39,086 nucleotides of DNA from Planctomycetota bacterium (lineage in GTDB: Bacteria; Planctomycetota; Planctomycetia; Pirellulales; S012-138): assembly GCA_026982835.1 (NCBI GenBank), contig JALSGI010000891.1, positions 1 to 39,086 of the forward strand. Direction: 5' to 3'. Shown here in pieces: positions 7,490-16,791 of the stretch (position 1 is its first letter; the number at the start of each line of letters is the position of its first letter). Both the position numbers and the translations under genes were made by a program. The notes beneath the pieces are model-generated. The model saw only the letters and a program-made list of their open reading frames with translations, did no database searches and was not told the DNA's origin.

Positions 7490-9055
7490 ATGAGAGGGCT
7501 TCGGTTCCTTTCTCAAGCGGTAACACTGCTTTTGGGAGCCACGGTGCTGACATCCCCAAACGGTCACGGGCAGACAACCCCCAAGCGGTTTACCGACGTG
7601 ACGGCCCGATGCGGTATCGACGTCTCCAAAGACCGCGTTCACGGCTTTGCCATTGAGGATTTTGACGGGGACGGGCGGCTGGACATCATCACCGTCTCGT
7701 TCGACCCGCCTTATGTGCGCTACTTTCGCAATCGGGGTAGGCTGCGATTCGAAGAAGCAACCCAGGGCTCGGGGTTGCGGAGCTTCCGCGGTCGCGGTAC
7801 GGGGGCGGCCGTGGGAGACTTTGACCGCGACGGCAAACTCGACGTGTATCTGGCCTCTCTGGACCCGGGGGCCAGTCGGCTCTTCCGGGGGTTGGGCAAC
7901 GGTCGGTTTGTGGATATGACGGATCGGGCCGGCCTGGCCGTTGACACGCCGGCCCGCTCGTGCGCCTGGAGCGATATCGACGGGGACGGCTGGCTGGACC
8001 TGTTCGTCTGCAACCCACGCGGTCCCAATCACCTGTTTCGCAACAACGGCGACGGGACATTTCGGGATATTGCGATCCCGGCGGGAGTGGCTTTTTCTGA
8101 GTATCGCAGCCTGGGATGCGCTTTTGGCGATATCGACGGCGACGGCAAGGACGACCTGTTTATCGCCAACTACCAATCCCAGCACAGCAAATTGATGAAA
8201 AACCTCGGAGGCGGCAGGTTCCGCGACATCACTGCCACAGCCGGCGTGTTGCGAAAAGCCTCGACGGTGGGCTGTGTCTTTGCGGATGTTTACAACCGGG
8301 GAGTGCTGGACTTGTACGTGACGACGGACTCGTGGATGTCCGGTTACAAGTACACCGAGGAACAACTCAAGCGGATTTTCAAGTTTACCGTGGAGCCGAA
8401 CCTGCTTTACCGAAACGATGGCCGTGGGCGTTTTTCTCCCGATCCGGCCTCGATCTTGCGCCACAAGACGCTTTCCCACGATGCAACGCTGGAAGACCTG
8501 GACCATGACGGTTGGATCGACATCTATGTGGGCGTGGATGCCATTCCCACAGGCAACCGATTCGCCACGCACAAAGGGGGCAATCCCCTTTGGACCCGGC
8601 CGGATGGAAAACACTGGCGGCAGGTCCGCGACACCTGGGGAGTGGGCCACCAGGCCAATTGCTGCTGTGTCCCCGCCGCCGACTTCGACAACGACGGCGA
8701 CTTGGACCTGCTCCTGTCCAACTTCTACAGCAATGTCGTTCTTTACCGCAACAATGCCAACGACCGGAATTGGTTGCGGATCCGCGTGGTCGGCCACAAG
8801 ACCCACCCCAACGGCATCGGAACCCAGGTGCGCCTGTATAGCCTGGATGGTCGGCTGCTGGCTATGCGACATATCCAATCGGGCACCGGTTATGCGCGCA
8901 GTGGGCCGTTGGAGGCGCACTTTGGTTTGGGACCGGCGGCCCAGGGAAAGAAGTACAAGGTGGAAGTATATTTCCCCGCCAGTGGTCGGCGGGTGTGGCG
9001 TCTGGTTGCTCCAGCGACCCGGCTGACCATCCACGAGTCGGACCATGACAACTGA
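7490..9055 (+). CDS. CRTAC1-family FG-GAP/VCBS repeat protein with C-terminal ASPIC/UnbV domain
   Basis: ATG 7490 with GAGG upstream and a signal peptide. Repeated DxDGDGxxD calcium-binding FG-GAP motifs (DFDGDGRLDI, GDFDRDGKLDVY, DIDGDGWLDLF, GDIDGDGKDDLF, DLDHDGWIDIY, DFDNDGDLDLL). C-terminal NRNWLRIRVVG...GIGTQVRLY...SGTGYARSGPLEAHFGLG is ASPIC/UnbV. The track ORF start at 7226 is an upstream extension. Confidence 0.85.
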   Translation: MRGLRFLSQAVTLLLGATVLTSPNGHGQTTPKRFTDVTARCGIDVSKDRVHGFAIEDFDGDGRLDIITVSFDPPYVRYFRNRGRLRFEEATQGSGLRSFRGRGTGAAVGDFDRDGKLDVYLASLDPGASRLFRGLGNGRFVDMTDRAGLAVDTPARSCAWSDIDGDGWLDLFVCNPRGPNHLFRNNGDGTFRDIAIPAGVAFSEYRSLGCAFGDIDGDGKDDLFIANYQSQHSKLMKNLGGGRFRDITATAGVLRKASTVGCVFADVYNRGVLDLYVTTDSWMSGYKYTEEQLKRIFKFTVEPNLLYRNDGRGRFSPDPASILRHKTLSHDATLEDLDHDGWIDIYVGVDAIPTGNRFATHKGGNPLWTRPDGKHWRQVRDTWGVGHQANCCCVPAADFDNDGDLDLLLSNFYSNVVLYRNNANDRNWLRIRVVGHKTHPNGIGTQVRLYSLDGRLLAMRHIQSGTGYARSGPLEAHFGLGPAAQGKKYKVEVYFPASGRRVWRLVAPATRLTIHESDHDN

Positions 9056-9059
9056 CAGA

Positions 9060-9083
9060 CAGCGAATATAGCAGCGAATATAG
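9060..9083 (+). repeat. Perfect 12-nt tandem duplication CAGCGAATATAG x2
   Basis: Read directly, 5 nt after the stop of the FG-GAP/ASPIC gene. Confidence 0.9.
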
Positions 9084-9250
9084 ACATCGGCAGCAAAATC
9101 CTCACGATCCGCAGGCGTTACGGCAATCGATCCTCGGCAGCAAGCCACTGGAAGCTCCAAACCTCCGCCCTCCTTCGGCGGCTGAAGCCGCGAACCTCGC
9201 CGGTTCCAAGAAGAAACGTTTTTTCTTGCATCGGTGCGGAAGCTCCGGCG

Positions 9251-9271
9251 CAAGACCCAAGACCCAAGACC
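9251..9271 (+). repeat. Tandem heptamer run (CAAGACC)x3, perfect
   Basis: Read directly. It is flanked on both sides by GGAA-loop hairpins (9232-9249 and 9273-9290), as at 4978-5035. Confidence 0.9.
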
Positions 9272-9316
9272 TCTGGAGCGGAAGCTCCGGCGAGCCGTGT
9301 GCGTCAGCACGCGGTT

Positions 9317-9399
9317 GGCGAGCCCCGGGCTTTAGCCCGGGGAGAGCCAAGAAAAAACGCATGTCGATTTTCTCCGCTAGCTGACGCTGGCGGCTAGCC
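9317..9399. repeat. Second copy of the composite MITE-like element
   Basis: Same left arm, a 21-nt A/T-rich spacer (AAGAAAAAACGCATGTCGATT) and right arm TTCTCCGCTAGCTGACGCTGGCGGCTAGCC. Confidence 0.75.
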
Positions 9400-9466
9400 G
9401 CTCAACCAGGGCTTACGCCCCCGGCTCGCTGTCCTCCGCCGACTAAAGTCGGCGGCTCGCCACCCC

Positions 9467-9500
9467 TCCAAGCCCCCAAGCCTCCACGCCTCCAAGCCCC
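9467..9500 (+). repeat. Tandem octamer run TCCAAGCC CCCAAGCC TCCACGCC TCCAAGCC
   Basis: Read directly. A 29-nt core (CAAGCCCCCAAGCCTCCACGCCTCCAAGCCC) recurs as an exact reverse complement at 18643-18675. Confidence 0.9.
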
Positions 9501-9632
9501 TGGAGCGGAAGCTCCGGCGCACGGCGCAAGCCGCCGCACGCCTTGGGTTAGCCAGCTAAACACGTACAATTTTTCGGGTAAGCTCTTGACTGGGCCAAGG
9601 TCGCTTCCACCCAGCCGGAAGGAGGTGCCCGG

Positions 9633-10565
9633 ATGAGCGAGCCGGTCGTTTCGGGACCCGTGGTGATCGCCGGAGGCTCGGGGTTCCTGGGGCGCAATCT
9701 CGCCCGGTGCTTGGGCCAGCAGGGCTGCCAGGTGATCCTCCTTTCCCGGCATGCTCCGGCCGAACAGGGTCCCTGGGAACACGTCGCCTGGGACGCAAGG
9801 AGCCTGGGGGATTGGGTGCGGGTGCTCCAGGAGGCTGCCGGGCTGGTGAACCTGGTGGGCCGTTCGGTCGATTGCCCCAAAACGCCCGAGCACTGCGACG
9901 AAATCCTGCGTTCCCGGGTGGAGGCGACCGAGGTGCTGGGCAAGGCCATGCGGCAGATCGACAACCCGCCGCCGGTCTGGGTGCAGATGTCCACGGCCCA
10001 TATCTACGGCGACCCACCGGAGGTGGTCTGCGACGAGCAGTCGGCGTTGGGCTACGGGCTGGCTCCCACGGTGGGCAGGGCCTGGGAGGAGGCTTTCCAT
10101 CGCGGGCGGCTGGACTCCCAGCGCGGGGTGATCCTGCGCACCAGCTTCGTGCTGGGCCGAAGCGGCGGGGCGCTGCCCAAGCTGGTGCGGATCGCCCGCT
10201 TCGGGCTGGGCGGCACTGTGGGCCACGGGCGGCAGGGGATCAGCTGGATTCACGAAGAGGACATGAACCGCATTTTCGTGCGGGCCTTGACCGACCCGAC
10301 CATGCAAGGCGTCTATGTGGCCACGGCTCCCAACCCGGTCTCCAACCGGACGTTTCAGCGCCAGTTGCGACGGGCACTGCGGATGCCGATCGGACTGCCG
10401 GCAGCCGGCTGGATGGTGCGGATCGGCTCGCGGCTGCTGCGGACCGACCCGGAGCTGGCCCTCTACGGCCGGTACTGCGTGCCCCGGCGGCTGCTTGCCG
10501 AGGGGTTCCAGTTCCGCTTTCCCGAGCTTGGCCCGGCCTTGGAGGACCTGCTGCGGAAGCGGTGA
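9633..10565 (+). CDS. TIGR01777/YfcH-like NAD-dependent epimerase family protein (SDR39U1, C-terminal DUF1731)
   Basis: GGAAGGAGG upstream. N-terminal Rossmann [11 protein letters not shown]. Length and the C-terminal [16 protein letters not shown] tail are typical of YfcH-type proteins. Confidence 0.85.
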   Translation: MSEPVVSGPVVIAGGSGFLGRNLARCLGQQGCQVILLSRHAPAEQGPWEHVAWDARSLGDWVRVLQEAAGLVNLVGRSVDCPKTPEHCDEILRSRVEATEVLGKAMRQIDNPPPVWVQMSTAHIYGDPPEVVCDEQSALGYGLAPTVGRAWEEAFHRGRLDSQRGVILRTSFVLGRSGGALPKLVRIARFGLGGTVGHGRQGISWIHEEDMNRIFVRALTDPTMQGVYVATAPNPVSNRTFQRQLRRALRMPIGLPAAGWMVRIGSRLLRTDPELALYGRYCVPRRLLAEGFQFRFPELGPALEDLLRKR

Positions 10566-10590
10566 CGGCCGGCAGGCCGCTGCGTTTTTT
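10558..10590 (+). terminator. Terminator-like stem-loop plus T6 at the end of the YfcH-like gene
   Basis: AGCGG (10558-10562) pairs with CCGCT (10577-10581), with an inner GGCC/GGCC pairing, followed by GCG and TTTTTT (10585-10590). The structure overlaps the TGA stop (10563-10565). Confidence 0.4.
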
Positions 10591-10593
10591 CTT

Positions 10594-10622
10594 CTTTGCT
10601 TGCACACAACTTTGCTTGCACA
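10594..10622 (+). promoter_or_regulatory. 13-nt direct repeat CTTTGCTTGCACA x2 (16-nt period) upstream of the PSCyt/DUF1549/DUF1553 gene; possible operator or promoter element
   Basis: Copies at 10594-10606 and 10610-10622, about 160 nt upstream of ATG 10782 and just after a terminator-like hairpin. Contains TTGCTT/TTGCAC -35-like hexamers. The function is inferred. Confidence 0.3.
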
Positions 10623-10781
10623 AAGTGCCTGCCATGCTCTCCCCGGGGACACGCATCTCCGCCCTTGGATTCCTGCTCCTTCCCGCTTTTCCGGATGCAC
10701 AGCTCCGCAATTTTGGTTAAAAAGGAAGGGTAACGGTTCCTGCCTTCCCCCCTTGTGTTTCCCACCACCGAGGCAAGCGTC

Positions 10782-13700
10782 ATGGTGCAACGCAGGATGC
10801 TCTTGGTTGGCCGGCAAGTTTCGCTCTGGGCCGTTTTGAGCTGCGGGGTTGCCCTGTTTTGGGGAGGGAGTCCTGCTGGGGCCGAGCCGCCTTCCGGGAA
10901 AAAGCCTTCGCACCCGGTGGTTGCTCCCCAGCCCAAGCCACCCGGGGACAAGCCGGCTCCGAATGGGAGCCGCGTCAACTCCGGGGCGGCCGTGGATCCG
11001 GATCATGCCCGAAAAATGGCCCGGGGCATGCAACTGTTCAAATCCACCGTGCGACCGCTGCTGGTGAACCACTGCCTGGAGTGCCACGGGGGAGAGACGG
11101 TGGAGTCGGAGTTTGATCTTTCCACCCGCAAGGGTTTGCTGCGGGGCGGCTCGCGCGGGGCGGCCGTACTGCTGGATCAGCCCGACAAAAGCCTGCTACT
11201 GCAAGTGGTCAACCACCAGCGTGAGCCTCACATGCCCGAGGGGGACGACCAGCTTCCGGCGAAAGCTCGCAAGGCCCTGGCGCTTTGGATCTCCCTGGGG
11301 GCTCCTTACGACCGGCCGCTTCGGGAAGGGGGGCCGGTGCAGGTCCACTGGTCGCAGAAGCGCATTCGTCCCGAGGACCGGCAGCACTGGTCCTGGCTGC
11401 CGCTGCGTCGGCCGCCACTGCCGCCGGTCGGCTCGCCCGGGTGGTGCCAAACGCCGGTGGACCGCTTCATCCTGGCCCGGCTGGAGCAAGCCGACCTGAA
11501 GCCCAACCCGGCGCAGGACCAACGCCGCCTGGTGCGGCGGCTTTATCTCACCACTCTGGGCGTGCCGCCTACGCCGGAGGAGATGCAAGCCTACTTGAAC
11601 GACCACCGCCCCGGGCGCTGGCGGCGGTTGGTGGATCGCGTGTTGGCTGACCCCCGCTACGGGGAGCGTTGGGCGCGGCACTGGCTCGACCTGGCCCGAT
11701 TCGCCGAAAGCCACGGCTTTGAGCACGACTACGACCGTCCCTACGCCTACTTCTACCGCGACTTTGTCATCCAGGCCCTGAACCGGGACATGCCCTACGA
11801 TCAGTTTGTCCGCTGGCAGATCGCCGGAGACGAGCTGGCCCCGGACGACCCGCTGGCGATGATGGCCACCGGGTTCCTGGCCGCCGGGGTGCACAGCACG
11901 CAGATCACCAAGAAAGAGGCCGAAAAGCACCGTTACGACGAAATGGACGACATGCTGGGCACCATCGGCACGGCCATGCTGGGGCTGACGATCGGCTGCG
12001 CCCGCTGCCACGATCACAAGTACGATCCCATTCCCATGGGCGACTACTACCGCATGCTTTCGGTCTTCACCACCACGGTGCGTAGCGAGCCGGAACTGAT
12101 CCTCAACCCTGAAGAGTACCGCAAGCAACGGACCGCCTTCGAGGCCCAACACCGCCCCTTTGAGGAGGCCCTGCGCCGCTACGAACAGGAAGAGCTGCCC
12201 GAGGCGTTTCGCCGCTGGGAGCAATCCTCCGGGGCGAAGGAGTTGCCGTACCGGTGGATCGTCTCCCGGCCGCTGCGCCTGGCCACCGCCCGCGGAGCCA
12301 CGCTCAAGGCGCTGGGGGACGGCACGGTGGTGGCCTCGGGCAAGAATCCCAAGCAGGAAGTCTATACGGTGGAGCTGCCAGTAGAGGGACAGCTGGTGGC
12401 CCTGCGGCTTGAGGCCCTGCACGATGCCAAGCTGCCCAAAGGGGGGCCGGGCCGGGCGCCCAATGGAAACTTCGCTCTGAGCCACCTGGAGCTGTTCTGG
12501 AGCAAGCCTGCCCCAGAAGGCAAGCCTCGGCCCTGGCAGCCGCTTGCGCTGAAAAGCGCCCAGGCCACGTTTGAGCAAAAGGGGCTGGCCGTCAAGAACG
12601 CCATTGACGCCGATCCCCGCTCAGCCTGGGCCGTGGACCCGCAGGTGGGCAAGGACCATGCGGCGGTGTTCACGCTCAAAGAGGTGCTCCAAGCTCCGGC
12701 CGGCTCGGTACTGCGGGTGGTGATGCACTTCCGTAACAACACGCGCCACGCTCTGGGGCGATTCCGCCTGGCCTATACGGACAAGCCGCTTCCGGGGCGG
12801 GAAAAACCTTTCGGCGGCGGGGAGATCTCCTGGCGGGAACTGCGAGCCCTGCGCACGTCGGCGGCCCGGCGCGACCCCGAGCAAAAGAAGCTGGCCCTGG
12901 GCTGGTTTGCCCGGCACGTGGATCCCCGCTGGCAAGAGTTGGAGCGCCGCCGCGCAGAACACCTGAAAAAAGCCCCGCGGCCCAAGAAATCCAAGGTGCT
13001 GGTCTGCACCGAGGGGTTGCCGCCGGTGCGGCTGCACTCCCAGGGCAAGGAGTTTTACGAAAAGACCTACTACCTCCGCCGCGGCGATCCGGAACAAAAA
13101 GAAGGGGAAGCCACGCCCGACTACATGCAAGTGCTCACCACCGCCCCGGAGGGCAAAGACCACTGGCATCAGGACCCGCCCCCTGGCTGGCGCACCAGCT
13201 ATCGGCGGCGCAACTTTGCCATGTGGCTGACCGATCCGCAATACGGGGCCGGGCACCTGCTGGCCCGCGTGATCGTCAACCGCCTGTGGCACTATCACTT
13301 CGGCCGGGGGATCGTGGCCACGCCCAGCGACTTCGGCCGCCAGGGGCTGCCCCCTTCGCACCCCCAGTTGCTGGACTACCTGGCCAGCGAGCTGATCGCT
13401 TCCGGCTGGAGCTTGAAGCACGTGCATCGCTTGATCCTCAACAGCGCCACCTACCGGCAAAGCTCGCTTTACGATCCGCAAAAAGGGGCCAAGGACCCGG
13501 AGAACCGGCTCTGGTGGCGCTGGTCCCCTTACCGGCTGGAGGCCGAGGCGGTGCGCGATTCGCTGCTTGCGGTGGCCGGGGTGCTGGATCGGCGGATGTA
13601 CGGTCCCGGCACGCTGGACGAAGGCCACCGGCGGCGGAGCATCTATTTTACCGTGAAGCGGAGCAAGCTGGTGCCGATGATGGTGCTGTTCGACGCCCCG

Positions 13701-14036
13701 GATGCGCTCCAGGGGATCGGCGCCCGCCCCCGCACCACCATCGCCCCGCAGGCGCTGCTGCTGATGAACAACCCGCACGTGCGTAGCTGGGCTGGAGCAT
13801 TTGCCCGCTCGCTCAAGCTCTCTTCGCCGGAGGAGCTGCCCGGGGCGGTGGATCGGGCCTACCGTCGGGCCTTGTGCCGCCCGGCCAGCGCGGAGGAACA
13901 AAAACAGGCCGTGACGTTCATCCGCCAGCAGGCCGAAGACTACCGCCGCGCCGGTCACCAGGACGCGCTGCAAGCGGCCCTGCGCGACTTTTGCCAGACG
14001 CTTTTCTGCCTCAACGAGTTCGTCTACGTGGACTGA
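10782..14036 (+). CDS. PSCyt1 + DUF1549 (PSCyt2) + DUF1553 (PSD1) domain protein, planctomycete type
   Basis: Signal peptide. CLECHGGE cytochrome-c-like motif (PSCyt1). [17 protein letters not shown]...[16 protein letters not shown] and [18 protein letters not shown] (DUF1549). [23 protein letters not shown] and a C-terminal [10 protein letters not shown] (DUF1553). ATG 10782 with GAGG 8 nt upstream is preferred over the GTG at 10755. Confidence 0.9.
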   Translation: MVQRRMLLVGRQVSLWAVLSCGVALFWGGSPAGAEPPSGKKPSHPVVAPQPKPPGDKPAPNGSRVNSGAAVDPDHARKMARGMQLFKSTVRPLLVNHCLECHGGETVESEFDLSTRKGLLRGGSRGAAVLLDQPDKSLLLQVVNHQREPHMPEGDDQLPAKARKALALWISLGAPYDRPLREGGPVQVHWSQKRIRPEDRQHWSWLPLRRPPLPPVGSPGWCQTPVDRFILARLEQADLKPNPAQDQRRLVRRLYLTTLGVPPTPEEMQAYLNDHRPGRWRRLVDRVLADPRYGERWARHWLDLARFAESHGFEHDYDRPYAYFYRDFVIQALNRDMPYDQFVRWQIAGDELAPDDPLAMMATGFLAAGVHSTQITKKEAEKHRYDEMDDMLGTIGTAMLGLTIGCARCHDHKYDPIPMGDYYRMLSVFTTTVRSEPELILNPEEYRKQRTAFEAQHRPFEEALRRYEQEELPEAFRRWEQSSGAKELPYRWIVSRPLRLATARGATLKALGDGTVVASGKNPKQEVYTVELPVEGQLVALRLEALHDAKLPKGGPGRAPNGNFALSHLELFWSKPAPEGKPRPWQPLALKSAQATFEQKGLAVKNAIDADPRSAWAVDPQVGKDHAAVFTLKEVLQAPAGSVLRVVMHFRNNTRHALGRFRLAYTDKPLPGREKPFGGGEISWRELRALRTSAARRDPEQKKLALGWFARHVDPRWQELERRRAEHLKKAPRPKKSKVLVCTEGLPPVRLHSQGKEFYEKTYYLRRGDPEQKEGEATPDYMQVLTTAPEGKDHWHQDPPPGWRTSYRRRNFAMWLTDPQYGAGHLLARVIVNRLWHYHFGRGIVATPSDFGRQGLPPSHPQLLDYLASELIASGWSLKHVHRLILNSATYRQSSLYDPQKGAKDPENRLWWRWSPYRLEAEAVRDSLLAVAGVLDRRMYGPGTLDEGHRRRSIYFTVKRSKLVPMMVLFDAPDALQGIGARPRTTIAPQALLLMNNPHVRSWAGAFARSLKLSSPEELPGAVDRAYRRALCRPASAEEQKQAVTFIRQQAEDYRRAGHQDALQAALRDFCQTLFCLNEFVYVD

Positions 14037-14424
14037 GGCGTCTTGGATCCTGGGCGAGCCCCCGGGTTTAGCCGGGGGAGGCGTGGTGACTTGAGGGCTG
14101 GAGAGGAGCCGGAGCGTGCGCACGAGAGTGCGGGGGTCGTGGGGCTTGGGTCTTGAGGAGCCCCGCACGTCAGTGCGGGGAGAATCGGCTTGCGGCTTGC
14201 GCGGTGCGCTGCCCTGCGCCGGAGCTTCCGCTCCGCTGCAAGAAAACAGATCGCAGCGAGCCGGGAGCGTAAGCTCCCGGAGGAGTGAAACAGCGACGTT
14301 TCTTTGTGACTTGCTCCGCGGGCTAACGCACGCGGCTTGCCGGTACAAGAAAAAACGCCGACTCGTGCACCAAACCGGCTAGCCACCGACTTCACTCGGC
14401 GGAGAACGGCCAGCCGACCCCGGA
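14037..14424. repeat. Intergenic repeat cluster 3 (same module vocabulary), between convergent genes
   Basis: Units at 14053-14082(+), 14158-14184(+), 14255-14285(+), 14311-14341(-) and 14377-14407(+). A degenerate heptamer run at 14135-14157. A TTCC-loop hairpin at 14219-14235. The segment 14158-14195 is nearly identical to 18769-18815. Confidence 0.9.
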
Positions 14425-15207
14425 TCATTCCGGAAGCTTGCCTTCGGCCAGTTCCTGGTCCCACTGGTCCAGTAGCGGCCAGTCCTTGGCGCAGGTGCCG
14501 AAATCGGCCCGGTACAGGTACTCTTCCAGCCGGGCGATAGTGGCGTCCAGCAGCGCGTCGTCCTTGCGGAAGGGGGGGCCGTGGCTGGGCAGCAGCCACT
14601 TCACGTCGCTTTGGCGGATGCGGCGTAGCGAGGAGAGAAAATCCTCGATGCTGCTGCCGTGATGGGCGTCGATCACCCCCACGCAGCCGTCCCGGTAGAT
14701 GTTGTCCCCGCTGAAGAGCAGCTCGCCCATGCGAAAGGAAAGTTGGTTGTCGGTGTGTCCCGGGGTGAACCACACCTCCAAGGACAGGTTGCCCACGGTG
14801 AGCGTGTCCCCTTCGTCGATGGTCTGATCGACCTTGACCGAGGGCATGTCCATGAAGATGTCTTGGGCGGGGATATGGGCGTAGGTGGCGATGGGGTCGC
14901 CGGAGGCCAGGATTTCGGCTGCGCGGGGGTGGGCAGCCACGGGCGCCCGCAGAATCTGCTTCAGTTTGGCCAGTCCTTGCACATGGTCCACGTCGGCATG
15001 GGTGGCCACGATCAGCTTGCACTGGGAAAGGGGGAAGTCCATCTGGCGGATCAGCTCGACGATCTCCTCCACGGTCTCCTCGAAGCCGATGTCGATGAGC
15101 ATCCATTCCGGCCCGTCGTACACCAGATACACGCAGCAGCCGATCCGCTCCCGGGCCTGGAAGTTCATCTCGATGACGTTGGGAAAGATAGGGCGACGCT
15201 GAAGCAT
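14425..15207 (-). CDS. MBL-fold metallo-hydrolase
   Basis: ATG 15207 preceded by GGGAGGG. Motifs [18 protein letters not shown] and SGD...D.....D of the metallo-beta-lactamase fold. Confidence 0.85.
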   Translation of the reverse strand: MLQRRPIFPNVIEMNFQARERIGCCVYLVYDGPEWMLIDIGFEETVEEIVELIRQMDFPLSQCKLIVATHADVDHVQGLAKLKQILRAPVAAHPRAAEILASGDPIATYAHIPAQDIFMDMPSVKVDQTIDEGDTLTVGNLSLEVWFTPGHTDNQLSFRMGELLFSGDNIYRDGCVGVIDAHHGSSIEDFLSSLRRIRQSDVKWLLPSHGPPFRKDDALLDATIARLEEYLYRADFGTCAKDWPLLDQWDQELAEGKLPE

Positions 15208-15369
15208 GACGGCGGTCCCTCCCCCCAGCACAGGAAGTTTGAAAGCATGCGCAAGCCACCGGCGTGGATCGCTTGGGGGATTGTAGAATACGCCGGGAAA
15301 ATTGGCAACGTCCGGCGGTTGCTGCCCGCTGGGGACAGTACCCCGGGCCGGAAGCAGCCGGGGGGACGA

Positions 15370-15852
15370 TTACTTTTCGTCTTCCGCCTGGCGGACGAAG
15401 GCTGCCAGCAGGTCGGTGGTGGAGACCACGCCCAGCAGTCGCCCCTTGTCGTCCACCACCGGCAGACGATGCACCCGGTTGGAGAGCATCGTCTGGGCCG
15501 CTTCGACAAGGGTGGCTTCGGGGCCTACGGTGATCACATCCGGGGTCATCACTTCGTGGACGCTGCGACGGCCCAGATCGTGTTCTTCCAACTGGTCCAG
15601 TAGCCACTGGTGGGAGGACTCGAACATGGGATACTCGTCCAGTTCCTCGGTCAACTCGCGGGTGAAGGAGAGGATGTCGGTGCTGGAGATGATCCCCACG
15701 CACTGGCCCTTGCCGTTGACCACCGGCAGCGCGCTGACGCGGTTTTCGGCCATGAGGGTCAGCGCCTCGTAGAGGGAATCTTCCGGCCCCACGGCCACCA
15801 CGTCCCGAGTGAGAATATCCTTGATCCGCACCGATTTGGTGGAAGTGGCCAT
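15370..15852 (-). CDS. CBS-pair domain protein
   Basis: ATG 15852 preceded by AGGAGG. Two CBS motifs (VSALPVVNGKGQCVGIISSTDIL and VHRLPVVDDKGRLLGVVSTTDLL). The 430-aa track ORF is an unsupported upstream extension. Confidence 0.85.
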   Translation of the reverse strand: MATSTKSVRIKDILTRDVVAVGPEDSLYEALTLMAENRVSALPVVNGKGQCVGIISSTDILSFTRELTEELDEYPMFESSHQWLLDQLEEHDLGRRSVHEVMTPDVITVGPEATLVEAAQTMLSNRVHRLPVVDDKGRLLGVVSTTDLLAAFVRQAEDEK

Positions 15853-15881
15853 GACGGTCCTCCTTTCCAGGGGAGGGGAGT

Positions 15882-16316
15882 TTACTTTTTGGCCAGGGCG
15901 CTGGGCCGCTCGGCCTCCAGCACCCCATGACAACCCCAAAGCACCTGCGCCACGTGGTTCCACACATCGTCCAGGCTGATGACCCCCACCATGTCCCCCT
16001 CCGGCGAGATCACCACCAGGCGGCGGCAGGGGGTTTGAGCCATCACGCGGGTGACTTCCAGCAGCGAATCCTCGGGCGAGACGGTCACCAGCGGCTGGCT
16101 CATCACCTCCTGGACGGTTACTTCGGCAGGGTTTCGCCCTTGGGCCACCACCCGCACGGCCAGGTCGCGGTCGGTGACGATCCCCACCGGCTCTTTGCCT
16201 CGTAGCACCACCAGCGAGCCGACCACGTGGTCGTGCATTCGCTGGGCCGCCACCAGGACCGAATCCTCGGCCGAAACCGTATCCACTCCCCGGGAGCACA
16301 ACTGGGCAGCATGCAT
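15882..16316 (-). CDS. CBS-pair domain protein
   Basis: ATG 16316 preceded by GGAGG. Two CBS motifs (VGSLVVLRGKEPVGIVTDRDL and CRRLVVISPEGDMVGVISLDDV). Confidence 0.85.
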   Translation of the reverse strand: MHAAQLCSRGVDTVSAEDSVLVAAQRMHDHVVGSLVVLRGKEPVGIVTDRDLAVRVVAQGRNPAEVTVQEVMSQPLVTVSPEDSLLEVTRVMAQTPCRRLVVISPEGDMVGVISLDDVWNHVAQVLWGCHGVLEAERPSALAKK

Positions 16317-16562
16317 GCTTTGCCTCCTTCGGCTTTTGTTCTCCCGGCCATGAGTCCGCCACCGACCCCAGGACAAAACGGCAGTCGGCGGCACTCCCAG
16401 CACACGAGGAAAAAGGACCAAGTGGCAGCTCTAGCGCTCTGCGCTGCCCCAGGTGCAAACGGCGCGCCGGAGGCCGGGGATTCCCGGCGCCCCCAAACCT
16501 GGCTGCGGCTACCAACTTCCCCCCACCAAGCACAATTGCCCCTGTGCGGCTACGGTTAAGGA

Positions 16563-16584
16563 CGAAAAGGGGCCGTTTGGCCCT
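16563..16584 (-). terminator. Terminator-like hairpin about 200 nt downstream of the phosphatase-family gene
   Basis: On the minus strand: GGGCC-aaac-GGCCC followed by CTTTTCG. The stem is 5 bp. Confidence 0.3.
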
Positions 16585-16791
16585 CGACCCAACATCAAGG
16601 AAGAAACCAAACCGCCCCTGCCGGACACATCCATTTCCCATGCGTGTGTCACTTTGACGCACTACCGGCGTCCAAGTGCGCGGTTACTTCTCACTACCGT
16701 TTTACTACTTTTTCAACCGAGGAAAAACGCAATTTTTGGAACCAGGCCCCGGCAGCCCCCCCAGAATCACATTCGCCGCAGGCTGCCCCGG

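Larger units (their letters stand above)
9100..9595. repeat. Intergenic repeat cluster 2 (same module vocabulary)
   Basis: Units at 9289-9316(+), 9317-9348(+), 9370-9399(-), 9406-9429 (-, degenerate) and 9432-9461(-). GGAA hairpins at 9232-9249, 9273-9290 and 9500-9517. CAAGACC x3 at 9251-9271. Octamer run at 9467-9500. GCTAAACACGTAC at 9555-9567. Confidence 0.9.

Noticed and set aside
7448-9310. 620-aa minus-strand ORF opposite the FG-GAP/ASPIC gene and running into repeat cluster 2
   Set aside because: It is an antisense shadow with no motifs, and it extends through non-coding hairpin repeats.
9402-11087. 561-aa minus-strand ORF opposite the YfcH-like gene and the PSCyt gene start
   Set aside because: It is an antisense shadow that spans an intergenic terminator/promoter region. 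The plus-strand genes are well supported.
12621-15967. Long minus-strand ORFs 12621..14348 (575 aa) and 14024..15967 (647 aa)
   Set aside because: The first is antisense to the DUF1553 region. The second runs through repeat cluster 3 and is off-frame over the MBL and CBS genes. Both have biased R/P/G/A composition.
15853-16662. Upstream extension of the CBS ORF to a 430-aa protein
   Set aside because: The extension overlaps the second CBS gene in another frame and is low complexity. A strong AGGAGG-ATG start at 15852 gives a normal 160-aa CBS-pair protein.
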